From Thraustochytrium aureum (lineage: Eukaryota), in NCBI GenBank assembly GCA_012862495.1, contig BLSG01000302.1, positions 97,574 through 161,387 of the forward strand: a DNA stretch of 63,814 nucleotides, given 5' to 3'. The position numbers were made by a program, and so were the translations under genes. The number at the start of each line of letters is the position of its first letter. Position 1 is the first letter of the stretch. The notes under the pieces were generated by a model. The model had not been told where the DNA came from and did no database searches. It worked only from the letters and a program-made list of their open reading frames with translations. Below are positions 35,954 through 47,235 of this stretch, piece after piece.

Positions 35954-38774
35954 TTACGCCAATGCCACGGTTGTGGCAGAAACAAAAACAATCTCCTGTT
36001 CGTGGCACCGTCGCGCAAAGTCCCCAAAGCAGGCCTCTGTGAGCGGCTCGCCCCAGCTTGCCCGCGTTGCCGCGCTAACGGTTGTCGCTGGTGGGTCGAG
36101 ACTGAAACGAAGGTCGGCCGCACCCGGCGCGGCCTCGCGTACCATAGCGACAAAGTCATGAAACGAGTGAACGCCAGAAATATCCAGCACAGTGATCGGT
36201 GCAAAGTCCGCTGCGCGGAGGACCTGGACGAGGTCGCGAAGCTCGACGATGACCGGGTCGACAACACGGGCCAGGAAGCGCTCGCGGTACTGGTCCGGGT
36301 CTACCGCGCTGACCCCAAGGAAGCCCCGCTCGTCCGTGTCGCGCTTGCACAAGCAGTACACCTTGACGAGGCGCTCGAGGCGCTTGCGCATCGAGTAGGT
36401 CTGAAGAAAGTCGATGATGCCAAGGTGGTAATACGCCGGCCCTTTGAGGAGCGCCGCAGCCACGCCGGTGCCAGAGCGCAGGTCCGTCGACAGCTGCGCA
36501 ACGCGATCGCTCGAAAGCGCTGCGCTGCTTGAGCCAGAGGCCTCGGCTTCGCTCCCGCTGGCGTCGCTCTGCGGAGCCACTCTATAGCGCACGCCAAGGA
36601 GAAGCGAGTAGTCCATGAGGCCGTGCTCGGCCAGGAACTGTGTGTCACGCTCCATCTGGCGCTTGACGCTCACCGCGAGGTTCAACGGGAGCATGACTTT
36701 GGAGGCGTGAAAGTCGTTGTCCTTGAGCAGCGGCGCGGCTCGTGCGCCCAGTTTAGGCGGCACCGTCCGCCCAGCTCGCCACCGAGCGCAGCGGACTGCC
36801 GGAGGCCGCAGCCCTTCCGACGGAAAGGGCGCTGAACAGTGCTTGCAGTAGTAAATCTTGCCGGCAACAGGCTCTGGCGCCGAGCGGTCGATCCAGGAAC
36901 CCTTGAGGTCAAAGGTCGCATCAACGCGGGTCGGCACAATGTTCTCCATGACAACCAGGAAGAACTCGCGCCCGAAGGACCGCATCGCGAACAAGCCGTA
37001 CAAGCGCGCTATCGTGCTGTCCGGCTGCTGGGACCAAAACGCGGCGAGGTCGGGCAAGAGGGACTCGAGCAGCTTGCGCTCGTGGCGCGGAATGGTCTTG
37101 ACGATCCAGCGCTTGTCTGAGGTCACGAAGAGGAACGAGCCCGAGCGGCCCGACGAGACGGCAAACTCGGCCTTTTCGCGCTCTGCTCCACTCACAGACG
37201 CGACGAGCGAGCGGACCAGCGAGGCTGTGAGCCGCGGCCCCCGAAGCGGCTCAAACAAGCGCGGAGCGATCTCGACCACGCGCGCGCTCTGAACATGAGT
37301 GAGCCGCTGCAGCGAGAGCCTCCACACTGCCAGGACGACGCCCAAGGCAGCCAGAAGACACCCTGCTGCCAGCACGGTGATCTCGACGTGGTACCCGAAT
37401 CCGAGGGACATTGCCACAGCGACACTGCAGGCGACAATCATGGGGCACGTGGCGACGAGAACGAGTCGGAGCTCTTTCTTCCTTGGTGGCGCCTGCGGCG
37501 GGCCAGGCCTCGAATGGTCGAGGCTAGTGCTCCGATGCCGCGCCGCTTCCAGGTCGCTCGCTGGCCCTGTTGGCTGGCTAGCTTGGCTCCCGGCGAGGAG
37601 GAGCGGCTCGCGCAAGGCGCCCGGAGGTGGCGCGCCCTGCGGAATTGGCGGTTGATGGCGGACTGCGACGCTCGCTGTGCCGGACGCGAGGTTGGCGCTG
37701 GAGGCGGAGACCTGGTAAGGGTTCCAGACGAGTATCTCGCGCTGGTCACCCAGGTCGACGAGGGGTGCTTCGCCCCCACCACTCAGCAGCCCGATGATGC
37801 CCTGGATCAAAAAGTGCAGCGTGTCGCGCTGGAGGGTTTTGCTCAGTTGAGGCCGGGTCTCGCTGGCCGCGGTCTGCAAGCCTTTGCTGCGGTTCCCAAC
37901 GAAAACGCGGTAGCAGTACGGCAAGAGGTCGACGGAGCGGGCGCCCACCGCGAAAAGAAAGAGGCAGAATACGACCCGCAGGGGCACGTCCTCGGCCTCG
38001 TCGTGCCAGGGCGCCTCGACGAGGATCACAACAGGCAGATAGAGGACAAGGATGGTGCCATAAACGAGCCCATGCATGAAGACAAACTCTTGCAGTCGGC
38101 GCAGCGACCGGCGACGAGCCCGGTTGTCAAAGCCAGCAAGCGGCGTGCCGAGCAGGACGGAGGCGTGCACCACGGTGGCGACGCCAAGCAAATGGAAGAG
38201 AAGCACCGGGCCGTAAAACAGCGCAAGGTTGTCGAGCGAGGCCCCGCTCCCCTGCCGCGGTAGCGTTCGTGTAGCAAATCGGCAGGAACGCCTCCCCGAC
38301 CTGATCGGGGTCTGCGACCAGCGCGCAGGCCGAGCCGCCGGCCACGATTGCGATGACGATTAGGGCCTGCCGCGCGCTGCGACCAACCTTGGCAAATGGG
38401 TCTGCGAGGGTCGCCAGCATGTCGGCGCAGAACGCGGCGTACAAGATCTCGGACCCCAACAAGAAAAACTGCGAGAGGAACGCGAGAGCCAAGCCTCGCG
38501 CACCGCGGCAGAGCTCGCGGTCCATCGCAGCCGCCTGCGCGAGCAGCACAACGTTCATCCCGACGTCCCAGCCCATCTTGACGACTACGAGCTTTGGCGT
38601 GGTCTTGTTCCTCCACGCCCCAAGCAGCGCCGTCACGAGGCACGCTAGCGACACGCTGCACCCCATGCACAATAGCGCCCTATCGCGGCCCTCGTGCTGC
38701 AGCCCAGTCCACCAAGGGGCCCTTCCCAGCGCGGCCATCTCCACCGCCTCCAGCTCGCTGCCGTCCCCGAGCAT
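35954..38774 (-). CDS. GPCR-PIPK: N-terminal 7TM domain fused to phosphatidylinositol phosphate kinase; indel ~38250
   Basis: Seven hydrophobic segments with Cys before TM3 and in ECL2, then linker LQRDTLHFLIQGI. PIPK motifs SSGRSGSFLFVTSDKRWIVKT, FDLKGSW, LKDNDF, LMDYSLLLG, GIIDFLQTY, SAVDPDQYRERF. Confidence 0.85.
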
Positions 38775-39833
38775 TCCAAAGCGCTCGCGATCGCATGCGC
38801 TTCTGTCTGGCGAGAGGCAGCCGCCACTCGAGCCAGCGGGGGGCGCTCTCTCTAGCTAGAGAGAGCTAGAGCTGGAGACCTGCGTAGGCCCTGCGTCAGG
38901 CCGGCCGCGCGANNNNNNNNNNNNNNNNNNNNNNNNNNNNNNNNNNNNNNNNNNNNNNNNNNNNNNNNNNNNNNNNNNNNNNNNNNNNNNNNNNNNNNNN
39001 NNNNNNNNNNNNNNNNNNNNNNNNNNNNNNNNNNNNNNNNNNNNNNNNNNNNNNNNNNNNNNNNNNNNNNNNNNNNNNNNNNNNNNNNNNNNNNNNNNNN
39101 NNNNNNNNNNNNNNNNNNNNNNNTTGCGGACCTGCCGCTTGACGCCGAACGGCCGGCTGGCTCGACCACGTGCAACGTGCCGTTGATTCGCGTCCGGCTT
39201 CAGGCCTTGATGGGGTTGGCTGGCCTGGGCCCTCTCTCGTGGCGCGGCGAGACGTTCTGTTGGTGCTGCATCTGGGGCCCAACGAGGTTTGGCAGCGCCG
39301 TTTCGTTCATTTATCAGGGTCAGGTCAGGTCGAGCGTCGTGTTGGTAGTCGAGTGGGTCTCTCGAGCGCAGAAACACTCGTGATCAACCGCATGAAGTAG
39401 CCAACTACTACTCCACGTGCACTTTCTCGAGTTGGCCGGTACTTTCCGACCGGTGGAGTCCTCGAGCGCCGTCGCGAGGTCAAGTTCTCGCTCACACTCG
39501 CTTGAACTCGCGCGGACATCACCCAACCTGAGTACTCTCCTCGACTCCCTCGACATTGGTCGTACAACAACAATAGAGAGAGAGATCTGGATGGATGGTG
39601 GCCAGTCGCTGCGAATGCGTCTGCCGCCGCCTGGTATGCTTGATTGACCAAGAACGTAGCACGCGCTTGGACCGAGCGACCTCGTAGGCTTCCAGGTGCT
39701 GCAAACAGTGCGGACCGCTGTTCAAGGAGGCAGCTCGTTGGATCCCGAGAGGTTAGGCAATCGAGCACGAGGTGCGCACGGATCTGACCAGACCGTCACC
39801 GTCACTTTCAAAAAAAATCAATTGAAGTACCAA

Positions 39834-40775
39834 CTAGAGGATTACGCACAGGCCCGCAGTGTGGTCCAGGAAGCGGTTCACGTGGCGAACAACATGCTCG
39901 GCGTCCGGGTGCAGGAGCAGAACCTCCTGTGCAGCAGCTGCAGTCCCTTTCGCCAGCAGAGACTTTTTGTTGGCAGAGTTTGTTGCGAGGTTTGCAAGCG
40001 CCCTCCACGCAGAAGACTGCACCCCATCGTCTTCCTTGTGGTCGCCAATAGCTCGCATTATCTCGTCTGCCACACCCATTTGCATCAGGCGAAGCTTGTT
40101 TTCCCGGTTCACCGCGAGGTTTGCCAGCACTCTGCACGCAAACAGCTGGATCTCCGAGTGCGCCCGATTCTCGCTCATAGCCTGAAGGACCACGTCCACC
40201 GCGCCCATCTCCACAAGCTTGACCTTGGTGTCGGCGGCAATCGCAAAGCGTGCCAGAGCCAAACACCCGAGCAGTTGAACCCTCTCGTTTGCAGTGTGGT
40301 CGTCCATGGCGCGCACAACAGCACCTACTGCATCACAGGTGAACAGGTCGATCTCGATGTCGTCGTTCAAGGGCAGGTTTGCCAGCACAGCGAGCGCACG
40401 TACTAAGACCGACGCGTTCGTCTTGTGGTTTGCCATTGTGCGCATGGTTGCCCCGCCTGCACCCAAACGCTTCAGCGTGCACGCAAACTCAACTACCCCG
40501 GCTAACTGTTCGAGTACAATGAAGGCTGACTCGTGAAGCCGCGCGTTCGAGTTGTGGCTAACCATGGCTTGCAGGATTGCGCCCGGTGCGCCAATGCGCA
40601 TCAGCTCGAATTCGTTGCCAGGGTGTAGGGCCAGGTTCCTTAGGAACATGCACGCCATGTCTTGGACCTCCTTGTCCTCCTTATGGTTGGACATAGCGAG
40701 CAGGACGGCCTCCGCCGCGCCACTCTGCAGCACGGCGGCCTGGATGTCTGGGTTCGCTGCCAGAAACTCAGCGTC
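39834..40775 (-). CDS. Armadillo-repeat protein (partial; 5' part in gap)
   Basis: Repeated ~42-aa units of the form GAxxxVLxAMxxHxxxxxVQxxACxxLxNLA. Confidence 0.88.
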   Translation of the reverse strand, partial: DAEFLAANPDIQAAVLQSGAAEAVLLAMSNHKEDKEVQDMACMFLRNLALHPGNEFELMRIGAPGAILQAMVSHNSNARLHESAFIVLEQLAGVVEFACTLKRLGAGGATMRTMANHKTNASVLVRALAVLANLPLNDDIEIDLFTCDAVGAVVRAMDDHTANERVQLLGCLALARFAIAADTKVKLVEMGAVDVVLQAMSENRAHSEIQLFACRVLANLAVNRENKLRLMQMGVADEIMRAIGDHKEDDGVQSSAWRALANLATNSANKKSLLAKGTAAAAQEVLLLHPDAEHVVRHVNRFLDHTAGLCVIL

Positions 40776-42090
40776 NNNNNNNNNNNNNNNNNNNNNNNNN
40801 NNNNNNNNNNNNNNNNNNNNNNNNNNNNNNNNNNNNNNNNNNNNNNNNNNNNNNNNNNNNNNNNNNNNNNNNNNNNNNNNNNNNNNNNNNNNNNNNNNNN
40901 NNNNNNNNNNNNNNNNNNNNNNNNNNNNNNNNNNNNNNNNNNNNNNNNNNNNNNNNNNNNNNNNNNNNNNNNNNNNNNNNNNNNNNNNNNNNNNNNNNNN
41001 NNNNNNNNNNNNNNNNNNNNNNNNNNNNNNNNNNNNNNNNNNNNNNNNNNNNNNNNNNNNNNNNNNNNNNNNNNNNNNNNNNNNNNNNNNNNNNNNNNNN
41101 NNNNNNNNNNNNNNNNNNNNNNNNNNNNNNNNNNNNNNNNNNNNNNNNNNNNNNNNNNNNNNNNNNNNNNNNNNNNNNNNNNNNNNNNNNNNNNNNNNNN
41201 NNNNNNNNNNNNNNNNNNNNNNNNNNNNNNNNNNNNNNNNNNNNNNNNNNNNNNNNNNNNNNNNNNNNNNNNNNNNNNNNNNNNNNNNNNNNNNNNNNNN
41301 NNNNNNNNNNNNNNNNNNNNNNNNNNNNNNNNNNNNNNNNNNNNNNNNNNNNNNNNNNNNNNNNNNNNNNNNNNNNNNNNNNNNNNNNNNNNNNNNNNNN
41401 NNNNNNNNNNNNNNNNNNNNNNNNNNNNNNNNNNNNNNNNNNNNNNNNNNNNNNNNNNNNNNNNNNNNNNNNNNNNNNNNNNNNNNNNNNNNNNNNNNNN
41501 NNNNNNNGGAGGTACCGGTACTTCTACTACTCACGTACCGGAGTACATTCCGGTAAGTACCGGCAATGTCCGGGACCTCGTCCTGCGCACGTAGGTACTT
41601 ACTCCACATTCAGGTACTCTCGTCCGTTCTCCCTACTCAACACGGCATCTATCTCTCTTGTGTTCGGACCGGTTGTTCCTAAGTAGTAGCTCAAGGCAAG
41701 CGCAAGGCGCTGTTGATGCTGCCCAGGTGCTGCATCGATAGTTGTGGATTTCGTAGTCTGGCTTGCAAGGACGAGCTTCTAGCTAGAGTGCTTCATCAAC
41801 GCGGACACCCGCAGAACAGGCTCGTCCTCGTTCTGCTCGGCATGCTGGCGGTTGCGGCAAAGGCTTGTGTGCACGGCAAGCTGCGTTTGCTGCGGCCCCA
41901 GCTTCTGGTGGGGTTTTGTTTGCTTCCGGATGGGTGGCTCGTCGGCCGGCTGGTTTGCTACTCACCTACATTCCTTGTCGGAACGGCCTTGCTCAACTTC
42001 TACCCGCAGTCAGCAGAGTACCGCGAGAGAGAGAGCTCCTCCGAGTCGAGCTCGAGAGCTCCTCTCGAGTCGAGCTCCAGAGCTCCAGAG

Positions 42091-44316
42091 CTAGATCCTG
42101 GCCACACAACTGGTGTGTGACTCGAAGGCGGCGTCGCTGGAACTCGACGCGGGCCCCGCATCTGCCGCGTCGCAGCCGGCGTCCTCCGACACGCGGTGAC
42201 CAACCATGTGCGGCGCTACCGCATGCCGAGGCACCGCGTCGTCCGTGCCGCTATACCCGACCGGGTACGGGTTGACCAGGGCAGGCATGTCGCCGCTTTG
42301 CCACGAGGGAACGAGCTCCATCGAAATCAAGTCCGACTCGTTCATATCGTCTGTGCGGTTCTTGTCGTACGTGTAGAGGAGGTGATGGGCCTTGCGAATC
42401 GCCTTCATGGAACCCGGGCTCACTTTACGGAGGTGCAGCTGCTTGCCCATTGCGTGGTACTTGCGAGCGACAGAGTTGATGGCTACCATCGCCGAGTAGT
42501 CGCTCAAAATGGCTTGGTCGAGGTACAAGACAACGTGCTCTGGGTCGGCGACAGGGTCGAACAGAGTGAGGAACCGTTGCGCAGATGCGAAAAACAGCGG
42601 ACCGCGGACCTGGTACACCTTGACCGTGTCTGGATCAGTCCCTAAGGGCAAACCACTGTCCAATCGAACCAGGCGCTCGCCGTCCCCCGTTGCTGCGGTC
42701 GCCGCGGCCATCGCAACTGCGCCACTGGCGCAGCAGTCGGCAGAGTCGACCTGGCCTTCCGTGCGAGACCTTGGAGCAGCGTTGTCAGAGCCCACACTGG
42801 TCGCAACCAAGCGAGTCTCCTGGTCCCACACAAAAACCACGCAGGCGAACAGGATGCCAGCGCCCACCGCGATTGCCAGGTCGGAAACCACTGCCATCAC
42901 GGTAACAAGAATGATGATGAATGCGTCCGTGCGCTTGACCTTGCGCATCCACTTGAGTCGCCTATGAGTGCGGACGCGCTCCGGGACAAACGAAGCAATC
43001 ACAACCGAAATTGTGTGCCACTCGAACGTGCCGATCACAACCATAAACATGACGCCAGCCAGCGAGGCCATCGGGATGAGGTTGATCAATGGATACGCGG
43101 CGAGGATGACGAGCAGCAAGAACGCCGCGGCGAAGGCAGAGCTGATGCGCGTGACGCCGCCAGACTTTACGTTGATCATCGACTGGCCGAACATGGCGTC
43201 GCCTCCCATCCCGCCAAAGATGCCGCAGACGACGTTGGCCGCGCCCTGCGCGATGCACTCGGCAAAGGCGTCCGGCCTTTTGTTGGTGATTTGGCCAACG
43301 AGCTGCAACGTGATGAGCGTCTCGACCAAGCCGACGATGGCCATCGTGGCAGCGAGAGGTAAGCAGATCTGGTATGTCCTCCACTCGACGAGGGAGGGCA
43401 GTTTGGGGGTGTAGCGGTCGTCAAGCCACACCGGGATTGGAAATGTTCCTTGCAACGAGGCCAGGTTCCCCACCGTGTTCGTGGAAAACCCAGCTGGCCG
43501 CACGATGGCGAACTCAATAACCATGCCTGTGACGATGCCGGCTAGCGAGCCAGGGATCACCTTGGTTAGCTTGGGGAACCACTGAATGACCGCCATCGTC
43601 GCAAGGACCTCGAGCGCCTGCCAAGCGGCAGTGGCCCCTGTCGCATAGACCTCACACTTTGCGTCTGATGCGGATGCCGGTGAGTCCGTGCACAGGTTCC
43701 AGTCCAGCTCTGGTGAGGCGCACGAGACTGGGCAGTACTTGGCCACCTTGAACGAGGGAAACTGGGCGATACAGATTACGATCGCCAGCCCATTAGAGAA
43801 TCCAAGCAGAATCGGGTGCCCGATGAGCTTGGACAGTCCTGCGCCCCCCACGAGGCCGAACAGGATCTGCAGGATGCCAACCATGATCACGGTGACGAAA
43901 AGATACTCGACCCCATACTCAATGACGAAACCGGGCACCAGGACCGCCAACGCCGCGGTGGACGAGCTTATCATTCCCGGTGTGCCCCCGAACAGCGATG
44001 CGATCAGCCCGACGATCCAGGCTGTCTGCAGCCCGATGATGGGGTCGACCCCTGCGGTGAACGAAAACGCCACGGATTCAGGAATCAGCGCAAGCGAAAC
44101 GGTGAGCCCGCTCAGCAGCTCGCGTAGCAGCGCTGTCGCCTTCACTTTTGTGAACGGCCGCGACAGGATTTTGCGCCACGTGTTGTAGAACATCGGGTCG
44201 GCCTCCGGGCTGGCGAACTTTGGCGCCTTGCCTTTGGCGGCGCGCCCTGTGGCGTCTTGCGCGCCGCCATTGTCCCGCGACCAGCTGCGCTGCGCCATGC
44301 TCTTCAAGCTCTTCAT
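42091..44316 (-). CDS. SulP/SLC26 anion transporter with C-terminal STAS domain
   Basis: LSGLTVSLALIPESVAFS, FGGTPGMISSS, ILLGFSNGLAIVI, AIVGLVETLIT, ECIAQGAANV, MGGDAMFGQSMINVKSGG. STAS: VYQVRGPLFFASA...DYSAMVAI. Confidence 0.93.
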   Translation of the reverse strand: MKSLKSMAQRSWSRDNGGAQDATGRAAKGKAPKFASPEADPMFYNTWRKILSRPFTKVKATALLRELLSGLTVSLALIPESVAFSFTAGVDPIIGLQTAWIVGLIASLFGGTPGMISSSTAALAVLVPGFVIEYGVEYLFVTVIMVGILQILFGLVGGAGLSKLIGHPILLGFSNGLAIVICIAQFPSFKVAKYCPVSCASPELDWNLCTDSPASASDAKCEVYATGATAAWQALEVLATMAVIQWFPKLTKVIPGSLAGIVTGMVIEFAIVRPAGFSTNTVGNLASLQGTFPIPVWLDDRYTPKLPSLVEWRTYQICLPLAATMAIVGLVETLITLQLVGQITNKRPDAFAECIAQGAANVVCGIFGGMGGDAMFGQSMINVKSGGVTRISSAFAAAFLLLVILAAYPLINLIPMASLAGVMFMVVIGTFEWHTISVVIASFVPERVRTHRRLKWMRKVKRTDAFIIILVTVMAVVSDLAIAVGAGILFACVVFVWDQETRLVATSVGSDNAAPRSRTEGQVDSADCCASGAVAMAAATAATGDGERLVRLDSGLPLGTDPDTVKVYQVRGPLFFASAQRFLTLFDPVADPEHVVLYLDQAILSDYSAMVAINSVARKYHAMGKQLHLRKVSPGSMKAIRKAHHLLYTYDKNRTDDMNESDLISMELVPSWQSGDMPALVNPYPVGYSGTDDAVPRHAVAPHMVGHRVSEDAGCDAADAGPASSSSDAAFESHTSCVARI

Positions 44317-45151
44317 CGTGACGTGCGACAGCCCTGTCCCACGCGTGCGCCCGCAGAAGCCGTGCGGCTTTCGCTTGGGTGCGTGCGAAGCAGGCTGACT
44401 TTGCAAAGAGAGCTCTAGCTAGAGCTAGTGCTGACTGGGTGATTGGCCAAGCAAGAGAGGCGCTTGCATGCCTCAGCAATGAGGACTGGTTTTGTTGGTG
44501 TCGACACGCGCAGAGCCCGTCCTTCAACTTCTTCGTCTTCTTCTGGCCTCACGAGAATCAGTCGGTTTCCATGCGGGGATGGTCAATCACGATACCTACG
44601 GCTCGCGGCGCCCAGGTCGACCGCTCCGAGGCTGATTCGCAGCAGCATTTACCCCGTCGGCCCGGCAGCTCGCGCACATCGGATGCCCACCTCCGCAAAG
44701 AGCCGTTTCGGCAGTCCATGGAAAGGAACTCGAGCACAACTGCCTCTAGGCCTATCCATCAAATACATGTTATGGTGGGCCGCGTTGTGAGAAACGCCGC
44801 ACACCCTGTCGCGTAGTGTCGTACGTCATGGTCCTTTACTGTGCGTTGAACCTAGTTGTTGTTGCAGTACCTTACCGGAACCAGGACGCTTAATAGGGAG
44901 GTGGAGTTCGGAGCAGAGATGGCCCAGCAGAGCCCGAATGCGGACCAGCAGCCTGCGGAGCAATCGGCCTGCGACGTTCGGACTGCGCCGATATCGATTC
45001 TCTAGCAGGGTCACTCTTCCGCGCCCGCGCGGCGGCTGGCCTGCGTCGGCAAGGCGCCGCGCGAGGCGCCGTGTGAGCTGCGTGCACTTACGTTACGTGA
45101 GCGCGAGCGTTTGTTGATTGTTGCAGTGGAGAGCGGCCGCGTTGGCGCAGG

Positions 45152-46886
45152 ATGTCGCACCGCGCTGGGAATCCGTTAATTGAAGATGGGTATGCGGCGC
45201 CCGTGTATGTGGCGCCGTTGAACGTGCTGCAGGCGCATGCGAGCGCTTTGCGTGAGACGAATGTGATCGTGCTACCAGGAGCAGAAAACCCAGACTGGCA
45301 GCCGTACTGGATTGGCCTGATTGTCGCGCCGTGCATTTTGCTTCTGACGCTGGTGTGCTGGGGATTCGGCCTGTGCTGCACGCCATGCTGCCGGTGTGCC
45401 TACAGAGAAAACGAGAAGGCCCGCCGGTGGGCGTTTTTGTTTTTCGTGCTGTGCGCGCTCGGGTCGATCATCGCTTGGTGCTTTGCCTTTTCCCTCGACA
45501 ACGATGTCGAAGAGGCCATGGTGACCCTTAATGACTCGCTCTTGCAGCTCGAGTCGCTTGTCAACGGCCTCGGCAAAGCCGTCGTGCTCGGCGACGACGC
45601 GGTGACCTGGCTCATCGGCAATCTCACCGTTGTGCGAAACGATGCGGTGTGCCAGCTGGTCGGCATCAGCAACTCCATTCCTGACGAGGTGTTTCAATCC
45701 CTGGAAAGCGCACGCGAGCCGCTGGGCGAGATGAGGCAGGTGACGCCCGAAGCGCAAGACTTTCTGCAAAGCGTCGTTCTTGTTCCGGGCGACGTCGACG
45801 ACTCGCGCCGGATCGTTCTCATCACCTTTGCCTCGCTCATGCTCTGCCTGGTTCTTTTCTTCCTGCTGAGCACAACCATCCAGTTTGTCAACCCGGGCCA
45901 AAAGTCGTGCGCCCGGTTCAAGGCCTGCATGGCTCGCAGCTCGTGCGTGGCCATTTTTACGTTTGGGATTCTCTTCATCGCCTGACCGTGCTGGTATCCG
46001 CTGTGTTGCAAGCCCTCTCCACGGTGGGGGCCGATGTCTGCGCCTCGCCCGACCAGACGATCCAGGGTTTTTGTCCGACGTGAGTGGACTGCCCGAGCTC
46101 GCTGCTTCGGACGCGTTCGGAGTCGATGTGTGCACGGCCAAGCCCGATCAGAAGTCGTTTGTGGCCTCGCTTTCCGACGAGGCCCTGTCGCAGGCCCAAG
46201 CCTTCATCATGGCCAAGATTATTTGTTTCTACCAGACGTGCAATGGCGACACAAAGATCGAGCAGGTGCTCGGAAAGGTGGATGAAGCGTTCGTGGAAAT
46301 CACAGAGACGCTGAAAAACCAGCCCGAAATCCCCAGCGAGGCGAGGAATTCGTCGTGTGCCCAAGCGCTCGAACAGGTGAATGCAACGCTGTTCGGCCCG
46401 CTTTTGAGCAGCGTCGATGGGATCATCTCGACGTTCAAGTGCAGCAACATCAACCCCATTTACCAGGCCATCGTACACCAGACTGCTTGCCAAGAGGCCG
46501 TGGCCACGCTGGTGAAGATCTGGAAAATCTTCTTCAGCGGCGCCCTCCTCCTCCTCCTCGCGCTCTCGTTCTACGTGCACTTTCACCTCCGCCTCCCGCA
46601 GGACTATGTCTTTTCGCAAGAGCAGTACAAGCGCAACTTCAGGGAGACGGGGTTCAATGACCAGGACGCCGACGCCAATGCAAATTGCCTTGCTTATGGA
46701 GCTGATGGCGCCGCAGTGCTGCACAGCTTGCCGACGGCTGAGGAGCTCAATGAGCCCGGCCTGAGCTCCGATGGCACAGGAGCGGTTGTGGCAGCGGCGC
46801 CCTCCAAAGCCCACGTCGCGAGCCTCGACGGGGCGACGCCGAGCTGGACGTTACGAGTGTTGAGCCTGTTGCAGTTCACGACGTGA
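45152..46886 (+). CDS. Tweety/prominin-like five-TM membrane protein; indel ~45980
   Basis: TM1 followed by Cys cluster (LCCTPCCRC), two large helical ectodomains, and CSNINPIYQAIVHQTAC before the last TM. Confidence 0.6.
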
Positions 46887-47235
46887 GCTTCACTGCCAAG
46901 CAGCCGGAGAGTAAGGTGACTATCATCTGATGAGCTGGTTCGGAGCCCCAGCGGCGAGTCGGCCAATTGTTCAAGCCGGTGGCGCGCGCGCGCCATTATA
47001 TAGAAAAAAAAGGACCCTGCAACTGTTGACAGAATCCTCCATGGCAGTGCTCATAGTTTAGGAGCCACGCGGGAGAGGGGCAAGAGACCGTCACTTCAAC
47101 AACGAACTGTCCGTCTGCTTGTAGCTTCTCAAATAGTGGAGCTCTCTAGTGGCTCTAGAGAGAGCGCTTCCTAGCTCTACTAGCAGAGAGCATGCTCGAC
47201 AGCAGCAAGGAGCTCGAGCACTCTGCCACTATGAG

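Noticed and set aside
39125..39830. Short ORFs between GPCR-PIPK and the ARM gene
   Set aside because: No recognisable motifs or consistent coding signal; a gene call cannot be supported.
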